From Bacteroidia bacterium (GTDB lineage Bacteria > Bacteroidota > Bacteroidia > NS11-12g > UBA9320): 64,000 bases of DNA. Numbering within the stretch: the stretch's first letter is position 1; every line of letters begins with the position of its first letter. Both the position numbers and the translations under genes were made by a program. Positions 58,386 through 64,000 of the stretch are shown in pieces. The stretch is taken from assembly GCA_029268695.1 (NCBI GenBank), contig JAQWNJ010000014.1, positions 64,751 through 128,750 of the forward strand, written 5' to 3'. The notes below the pieces were generated by a model, which did no database searches, was not told the origin of the DNA, and saw nothing but the letters and a program-made list of their open reading frames with translations.

Positions 58386-58511
58386 ATGAAAAAGACTGTT
58401 GCTATCATCTTTCTTTCCATAAGTGTAATGCTATTTATGGATAGCTGCAAAGCAAAAAAAAGATATAAATACAAAGGCCCAACTAAGAATTGTGACTGCC
58501 CAAATGGGTAA
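58386..58511 (+). CDS. Candidate 41-codon lipopeptide precursor (signal peptide plus a 21-aa basic Cys-containing mature peptide)
   Basis: The predicted product is MKKTVAIIFLSISVMLFMDSC followed by KAKKRYKYKGPTKNCDCPNG. It lies in an otherwise non-coding 190-bp gap. It is speculative. Confidence 0.2.
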   Translation: MKKTVAIIFLSISVMLFMDSCKAKKRYKYKGPTKNCDCPNG

Positions 58512-58515
58512 TCCA

Positions 58516-59640
58516 CTATAGTAATTTCACTTTTTTCTTTGGCGTGACAAAATGCCAACGTAAATAGTTTTCCATGGTTACATCTATTTTATTGGGGTTT
58601 ACATTGTAGTTAAATCCTAATCGATTTAGAAAAACAAGATGTCTCCCAATTTCAACCTCATACCCTACACGCAAACCAATCATTTTTCGATAATCATGTG
58701 CAATTGGCCAATTTTTATTACCTAATGAATGATAAAGTTGTTCACCCCAAGGTGCTTGAAATTGATACCCATCAAAATAATTAGCAACAAATTGATAATC
58801 CTTATGATTTAGCCTGATTACCCCAAAGTGTCCAACTCCATCATAAAACCCATTGACTTTCACATCACTTTTATCTTCATAATAAATAACATGACCACCC
58901 ATAAACAAAGAAGTGTTTTTATTAAAATTAACACTATACTCAAGACCATTTGCAAAATTGTACTCTACAGAATTTGGTGAGCTATTCTTGTCAATTTCAC
59001 CAGCACTATGAACGGTCATTCCCTGAGCATTAAATGATAATTTATGCTTGTCATTATTAATTGGGTTTAAAAAAACATTGTAACCAGCCACAAACATCTC
59101 ATTTTTAGGATCATCATAATAAATCATATCATGCCAGTCAATCCATATATCATAAGTTAAGCGATCTCCAGGTTTAACAATTTGAACACCTTGCTCGAAA
59201 CGATCCGTAATTACCTTCTCGTAATCATACATTGGTTCAATCATCTTATGCTGAAGAGTTCCGTCTAAATTACCAAAAGTGACATTGTGCTTTAATACAT
59301 CACGATAGGTGAATTTAAAATAGGGTTCAACTGTCTTAATTTCAGGATTACCAAAATCATATCGAACTAGTACCCCTCCATAAATTTGAGCTTTATCATT
59401 AAAAGAATATTGCATATAGGGTAGTAGATTAAATCCTATATATGATGATCCTTTGTCCACTCTTGACAGGTACTCAGCATTTCTAAAGTAACTTAGATTA
59501 TCAAAGTGAAACTGTACATGAGAAGAATCAATAACTTTTTCATACTTATTATTGTCAAAGAATGAATTTTCATATTGACTGTAAACATTAGTAACCATTA
59601 ACAATAAAAATATGAGAAATGAAAAGTACCTTGAAATCAT
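58516..59640 (-). CDS. Hypothetical outer-membrane protein
   Basis: It has a signal peptide, is beta-rich, and has a C-terminal aromatic residue three residues before the end. Confidence 0.4.
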   Translation of the reverse strand: MISRYFSFLIFLLLMVTNVYSQYENSFFDNNKYEKVIDSSHVQFHFDNLSYFRNAEYLSRVDKGSSYIGFNLLPYMQYSFNDKAQIYGGVLVRYDFGNPEIKTVEPYFKFTYRDVLKHNVTFGNLDGTLQHKMIEPMYDYEKVITDRFEQGVQIVKPGDRLTYDIWIDWHDMIYYDDPKNEMFVAGYNVFLNPINNDKHKLSFNAQGMTVHSAGEIDKNSSPNSVEYNFANGLEYSVNFNKNTSLFMGGHVIYYEDKSDVKVNGFYDGVGHFGVIRLNHKDYQFVANYFDGYQFQAPWGEQLYHSLGNKNWPIAHDYRKMIGLRVGYEVEIGRHLVFLNRLGFNYNVNPNKIDVTMENYLRWHFVTPKKKVKLL

Positions 59641-59735
59641 ATGGTTAAAAATTTAATTATGCAAATAAGCAACTTTGCAGTGGTATTTCAATAGCAATAG
59701 TTAACAGGCACAATATTTGAATATAACCTTGTAAT

Positions 59736-60527
59736 ATGATTAGAGTACTTATCACTTATTTAATAATCCTCATAATTGGGAGTGGATTTAAAATGGATAA
59801 TAGTATTGAAAAAAAATTTCGAAATCACCCTAATGAAGCTTTTACATTTGGCGAGCAACTGAATTATAGAGTTCATTATGGATGGATTAATGCTGCATCA
59901 ATAGACATAAAAGTAGGGAGTAAAGCCAAAAAGATCAATGGTCGATCAACCTATAACATCAAAGCTATTGGAAAAACATATCGATCTTTTGATTGGGCAT
60001 ATAAAGTTAGGGATCACTTTGAAACGTACATCGATAGTGTAAGCCTGGCTCCCCTAAAATATTATAAAAATGTTAGAGAGGATAATTACAGAGATGAAGA
60101 TCTTGTCTATTATAACCATATAAAACAACGATTAACAGGCAAAAAGAAAAACATGGATATGCCCGCTTATTTACAAGATATTGTTAGTGGTATATTTTAT
60201 GCTAGAACTATAGATTTTGCTGACTCTAAACCTGGCAATACATTCCCAATTAGCATCTATTTAGATCAGGAAATCTATGACTTAAAATTTCGATATCTTG
60301 GTACGGAAACAATTAAAACAGATCTTGGAAAAATTAAATGTTTTAAACTACGTCCTCAACTGGTAGTCGATAGGGTCTTTAAGGACGAGGATGATATGAC
60401 TATTTGGGTAAGTGCCGATAAAAATAAAATACCTGTTCGTGTAAAGGCAAACATTTACATAGGATCTGTAAAAGTAGATATTACAGATGCCTCTGGATTA
60501 AGAAATCCATTCACATCAAAGCTATAA
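59736..60527 (+). CDS. DUF3108-like secreted protein
   Basis: It has an N-terminal signal/anchor, is about 260 aa, and the C-terminal pattern resembles the Bacteroidota DUF3108 family. Confidence 0.45.
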   Translation: MIRVLITYLIILIIGSGFKMDNSIEKKFRNHPNEAFTFGEQLNYRVHYGWINAASIDIKVGSKAKKINGRSTYNIKAIGKTYRSFDWAYKVRDHFETYIDSVSLAPLKYYKNVREDNYRDEDLVYYNHIKQRLTGKKKNMDMPAYLQDIVSGIFYARTIDFADSKPGNTFPISIYLDQEIYDLKFRYLGTETIKTDLGKIKCFKLRPQLVVDRVFKDEDDMTIWVSADKNKIPVRVKANIYIGSVKVDITDASGLRNPFTSKL

Positions 60528-60602
60528 GCACAGCAAATTAATTTGTTTGACCAATTTTTATAGATGTAAAACAATTGTTTTCAATACTTTTACATTCTAA
60601 TC

Positions 60603-62477
60603 ATGAATTTCCTCAGTGGTGAACAATTAGCAAAAAATCTTGGAGAGCGATTTCTTTTTGAAGAGTTAGATATCAGTATTAATAAAGGTGATAAAATTGC
60701 TCTAATTGCCAATAATGGAACTGGGAAAAGTTCCCTGCTTAAGATTTTGGCGAAAGAAGATGACCCCGACATAGGGGTTGTCAGATATGGGAAAAATATA
60801 CGTATTGCTTACTTGAGTCAAGAAGCAAATTTTGAAGAAAATCTAACCATTCAAGAGCTGATTGATTATAGTAGTAGTGATGTATTATCTATAATTAGGT
60901 CATATGAATCTGCATTAAATGCTCAAACAAATAACTTTAACACTGAAACACAACGAATATTTAACCAAGCTACAATAAAAATGGATCAATATAATGCTTG
61001 GGACTATGAACGAAAATTAAAAGAATTGCTATCAAGATTTAATATATCCGACTTCAATCAACCGATTGCCTCTTTAAGTGGTGGGCAAAAAAAAAGATTA
61101 GCAATTAGTCTAACATTATTAAATAACCCTGACTTATTGATACTAGACGAGCCCACAAATCATCTTGATTTAGAGATGATTATATGGCTAGAAAACTATC
61201 TCAAAAAATCATCCATCAGCATATTGATGGTAAGTCACGATCGATACTTTATTGATTCAATATGCAATCAAATCATTGAACTAAATCAAGGGAAATTACA
61301 GACGTATAATGGAGATTACGCTTATTTCCTTGAGAAAAAAAATTATCTTGAAACAGCTCAAGCTACTGAAATTGAAAAAGCCAAACAACTATATAAAAAA
61401 GAATTAGATTGGATAAGAAGAAGCCCCAAAGCAAGAACTACTAAAAGCAAATCAAGAATTGGATCTTTTTATAAAACTGAGGCAAAAGCTAAAAGTGGGA
61501 CTAAAGAAAAGGAACTTCAGTTATCTGTTAAAATGAACCGTATTGGCGGCAAAGTGCTTGAACTAAAAAAAGTCTACAAATCCTACAAAGATCTTATTAT
61601 CATAAAAGGATTTGACTATACCTTCAAAAAAGGAGAACGTATAGGTATTGTTGGTAAAAATGGTACCGGAAAATCAACTTTTTTAGATGTAATCATGGGA
61701 ATTGAACCTGCTGATAGTGGCAAGATAAATCGTGGAGATACCATTGTATTTGGGTATTATAGTCAAGAAGGAATTAAAAATATAAAACCTAATAAACGGG
61801 TTATTGAAGTGCTTAAGGATATTGCTGATGTTATCACTTTAGCGAATGGGAGTAAAGTTTCCGCAAGTCAATTACTCAATCAATTTCTTTTCCCACCACA
61901 GATGCAAAACCAACAAGTATCAAAACTAAGTGGTGGCGAAAAACGTAGATTATATCTACTGACTGTACTGATGAAAAATCCCAATTTCCTTATTTTAGAC
62001 GAGCCCACTAATGATCTTGACATCATTACTTTAAATAAACTGGAGGCATTTTTGGAGGACTTTGGGGGTTGTATAATTGTAGTAAGTCATGATCGATATT
62101 TTTTAGATAAAGTTGTCGAACACATTTTCATCTTTGAAGGTAATGGTGTTATCCGAGATTTTAATGGTAGCTATACTGAGTATCGATTATGCTTAGATTC
62201 GAAAAAACACAATAAAAATTACACTCAGAAAAATCTAAAAAAGACTGAAAAGAAAAAGGATATTAAAGCTAAATTAAGTTTTAAAGAGAAATATGAATTT
62301 GAAAACCTTGAAAAAGAAATTGAACACCTTGAAAAAGAGAAAACTAAACTTGAATTTCTCATTTCTGAAAATTCTGACAACTATGAATTTGTTAATGAAA
62401 AAGCAAAAATATTAGACCAATTGATTAAAGATATTGATACTAAAACTGATCGATGGATGACCTTAAGCGAATATTAG
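60603..62477 (+). CDS. ABC-F family ATPase (tandem ABC domains, no TMD; Uup/YheS/EttA-like translation factor)
   Basis: There are two Walker A motifs (ANNGTGKSS, GKNGTGKST) and two signature motifs (LSGGQKKRL, LSGGEKRRL). A charged coiled-coil C-terminal extension is present. Confidence 0.85.
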   Translation: MNFLSGEQLAKNLGERFLFEELDISINKGDKIALIANNGTGKSSLLKILAKEDDPDIGVVRYGKNIRIAYLSQEANFEENLTIQELIDYSSSDVLSIIRSYESALNAQTNNFNTETQRIFNQATIKMDQYNAWDYERKLKELLSRFNISDFNQPIASLSGGQKKRLAISLTLLNNPDLLILDEPTNHLDLEMIIWLENYLKKSSISILMVSHDRYFIDSICNQIIELNQGKLQTYNGDYAYFLEKKNYLETAQATEIEKAKQLYKKELDWIRRSPKARTTKSKSRIGSFYKTEAKAKSGTKEKELQLSVKMNRIGGKVLELKKVYKSYKDLIIIKGFDYTFKKGERIGIVGKNGTGKSTFLDVIMGIEPADSGKINRGDTIVFGYYSQEGIKNIKPNKRVIEVLKDIADVITLANGSKVSASQLLNQFLFPPQMQNQQVSKLSGGEKRRLYLLTVLMKNPNFLILDEPTNDLDIITLNKLEAFLEDFGGCIIVVSHDRYFLDKVVEHIFIFEGNGVIRDFNGSYTEYRLCLDSKKHNKNYTQKNLKKTEKKKDIKAKLSFKEKYEFENLEKEIEHLEKEKTKLEFLISENSDNYEFVNEKAKILDQLIKDIDTKTDRWMTLSEY

Positions 62478-62601
62478 AAGTCCATTAAAATTAAATATAA
62501 TTAATATAAAATTTCCCCAATGTAACTTGTATCTAAAACGGTGAATTTTTTAAATTCTCATATTCGAGAATTTGAACCCATCCTGCTGAAGTTTGAATCA
62601 A

Positions 62602-64000
62602 TTATAGCTTAAATATTACTCCAAACAGAACTTGTCTTGGCGGCTGGTATCGAGCTGGATTATTTGGTGGCAAGCCACTTTCCTCTGGACCTAAATATCT
62701 GTCATCTCTCCAATTATTAGGTACATCATCCCCGCGTTCCCACGCCCCCCCCGTAACAGGGTTAATTATTTGAGCTCTCTTAGTATCAAATAAATTTCTA
62801 ACTTCAATACTCAGTGTTATCCCTTTTTTATTTTTACCCACAAAAGTCTTGGTTAATTTAATATCAGCATTCACCCATGGAGTTGCTCTTTCTTCTAAAA
62901 AAGATGTTAAATCAGTAGCGTATTCTGGTCTTCCTAGAGCATTGTAACCTTCAAGTATCATAGGAGTATATCGAAACCCACTCTGATAAGACGAACTAAA
63001 GTAAACTTGTATCCCGTCCATCCAATTGGAATAATAACTCGCACTACTATCCGGCGTAAAAACACTCCCTAAATTAATATTCCATGGTCTGTCCCATGCT
63101 AAATAATTTTCTGTACTCAAAGGTACTTCACCATTTTGAGCAATTTGCAAGCTGCTCTCTCGAGCACTATTGCTCTTCCCTTTTGCCAGTTGATAAGCTA
63201 CGTTTCCAAATATCCGAAACTGATTGGTTGCCCTCCATATGACATTTATTTCTGCTCCTTGAACTTTTGCATAATCTTGGTTAATATACATTGTTTTACT
63301 CACAGGGCGGCCAGTCTGGTCATTAACAATAACTTTTCTGCTTACAATATAATCAAATCGATTGTTATTATAAGCAGCCACTGTTAGACCTAAGTTTTTT
63401 CCTATCTGAGACTTAAATCCTATTTCATAAGAAATATTAACCTCAGGATTCAAATCTGGATTTCCTAAAAAAGACAAAAAACTTCTATCTTGATACACTG
63501 GATCTAATCCTGCATACAAAAATCTAGGATGAGGCAATCTCATGCTATGAGAATAATTAAAGTACAACACATTGTTACTGGTTACAGGGAAGGATACATT
63601 GACCTTTGGAAGAATTCTTGCCTTATATCGTAAACCGAAAACCTTAATTGTATTTTTTTGATAATCAGACCTAACTTGATCAATAACTGGAGCCTCAGGG
63701 TTAGCGACTGCATCATCAGCAAACTTACCTGGTGCCCAATAATTAAATCGGAATCCTAGATTAGCGATAATTCCTTTATAATCTATTTTGTCACTAAAGA
63801 ATAAACCTCCGTTATTTGGCTTCACATTCCAGATATCATTACTTGAACCTATACTAATACTTGGAGTGCTTGTGCTATCATTTATCACAATTGGTGCTCC
63901 TACCCATGGACGTGTAACATCCACCCATTGGTATTGATTCAATTTTTGCTCCCATCCAAAATTAATCTGGTGCACTTTACTCGAAGGATAATATTTAGCA
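62602..64000 (-). CDS. TonB-dependent receptor / SusC-like outer-membrane protein; 3' part, N-terminus beyond the window
   Basis: The minus-strand frame is open to nt 64000. It has the beta-barrel strand periodicity and extracellular-loop character of the family. It contains a G8 tract. Confidence 0.75.
   Translation of the reverse strand, partial: AKYYPSSKVHQINFGWEQKLNQYQWVDVTRPWVGAPIVINDSTSTPSISIGSSNDIWNVKPNNGGLFFSDKIDYKGIIANLGFRFNYWAPGKFADDAVANPEAPVIDQVRSDYQKNTIKVFGLRYKARILPKVNVSFPVTSNNVLYFNYSHSMRLPHPRFLYAGLDPVYQDRSFLSFLGNPDLNPEVNISYEIGFKSQIGKNLGLTVAAYNNNRFDYIVSRKVIVNDQTGRPVSKTMYINQDYAKVQGAEINVIWRATNQFRIFGNVAYQLAKGKSNSARESSLQIAQNGEVPLSTENYLAWDRPWNINLGSVFTPDSSASYYSNWMDGIQVYFSSSYQSGFRYTPMILEGYNALGRPEYATDLTSFLEERATPWVNADIKLTKTFVGKNKKGITLSIEVRNLFDTKRAQIINPVTGGAWERGDDVPNNWRDDRYLGPEESGLPPNNPARYQPPRQVLFGVIFKL

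Noticed and set aside
58343-58558. 71-aa minus-strand ORF in the 58324-58516 gap
   Set aside because: It has no signal or family features and its translation is hydrophobic and low-complexity. The plus-strand mini-ORF with a signal peptide is the more plausible, though still speculative, reading of this gap.
62554-62571. Hairpin ATTCTC-ATATTC-GAGAAT between the convergent ABC-F and TonB receptor genes
   Set aside because: It could be a bidirectional terminator, but it is a short AT-rich stem with no clear U-tract on either side. It is too weak to call.
1-64000. Search for CRISPR arrays, tRNA/rRNA genes, IS elements, integrases and toxin-antitoxin pairs
   Set aside because: No direct-repeat/spacer periodicity, cloverleaf-like GC-rich islands, transposase or integrase motifs, or terminal inverted repeats were seen. 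Intergenic regions are short and AT-rich.

Overview
This is a low-GC (about 35%) chromosomal segment of Bacteroidota type (Flavobacteriia, Cytophagia or Saprospiria-like). Supporting this: Por/T9SS C-terminal sorting domains, SusC-like TonB receptors, a split metH, bshA, and kynU. Most of the window is housekeeping: pdhB, trhO, msrAB, a MATE pump, sucA, mfd, kynU, mpl, yebC, an acyl-CoA carboxylase beta subunit, pyrC, metH, bshA, aroE, an ABC-F ATPase and an SNF2 helicase. Four accessory modules stand out. (1) At the 5' end, a TonB-dependent receptor, an HMA-MauE/DoxX fusion, an MbnP-like lipoprotein, a di-haem cytochrome c peroxidase (MbnH-like) and a secreted HMA protein with a Cys-rich tail form a copper-acquisition-like cluster. 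(2) A TroA/Znu-type metal ABC importer has a full DtxR-like repressor domain fused to the C-terminus of one permease, and is followed by an outer-membrane receptor plus lipoprotein. (3) An ECF sigma factor is translationally coupled to a single-pass membrane protein that carries a T9SS type-B (gliding-motility/CHU_C) C-terminal domain, which is in turn coupled to a 1951-aa PKD/SprB-like type-B T9SS adhesin. This is an unusual sigma/anti-sigma-like/T9SS-cargo module and the most novel candidate in the window. (4) A SAM-I riboswitch sits in front of a metH that lacks its homocysteine-binding domain. Other oddities: sucA is broken by a single in-frame TAA; a TonB receptor gene at the 3' end contains a G8/C8 homopolymer; a 190-bp gap holds a tiny candidate Cys-containing lipopeptide ORF. 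No rRNA, tRNA, CRISPR array, transposase or integrase was recognised.
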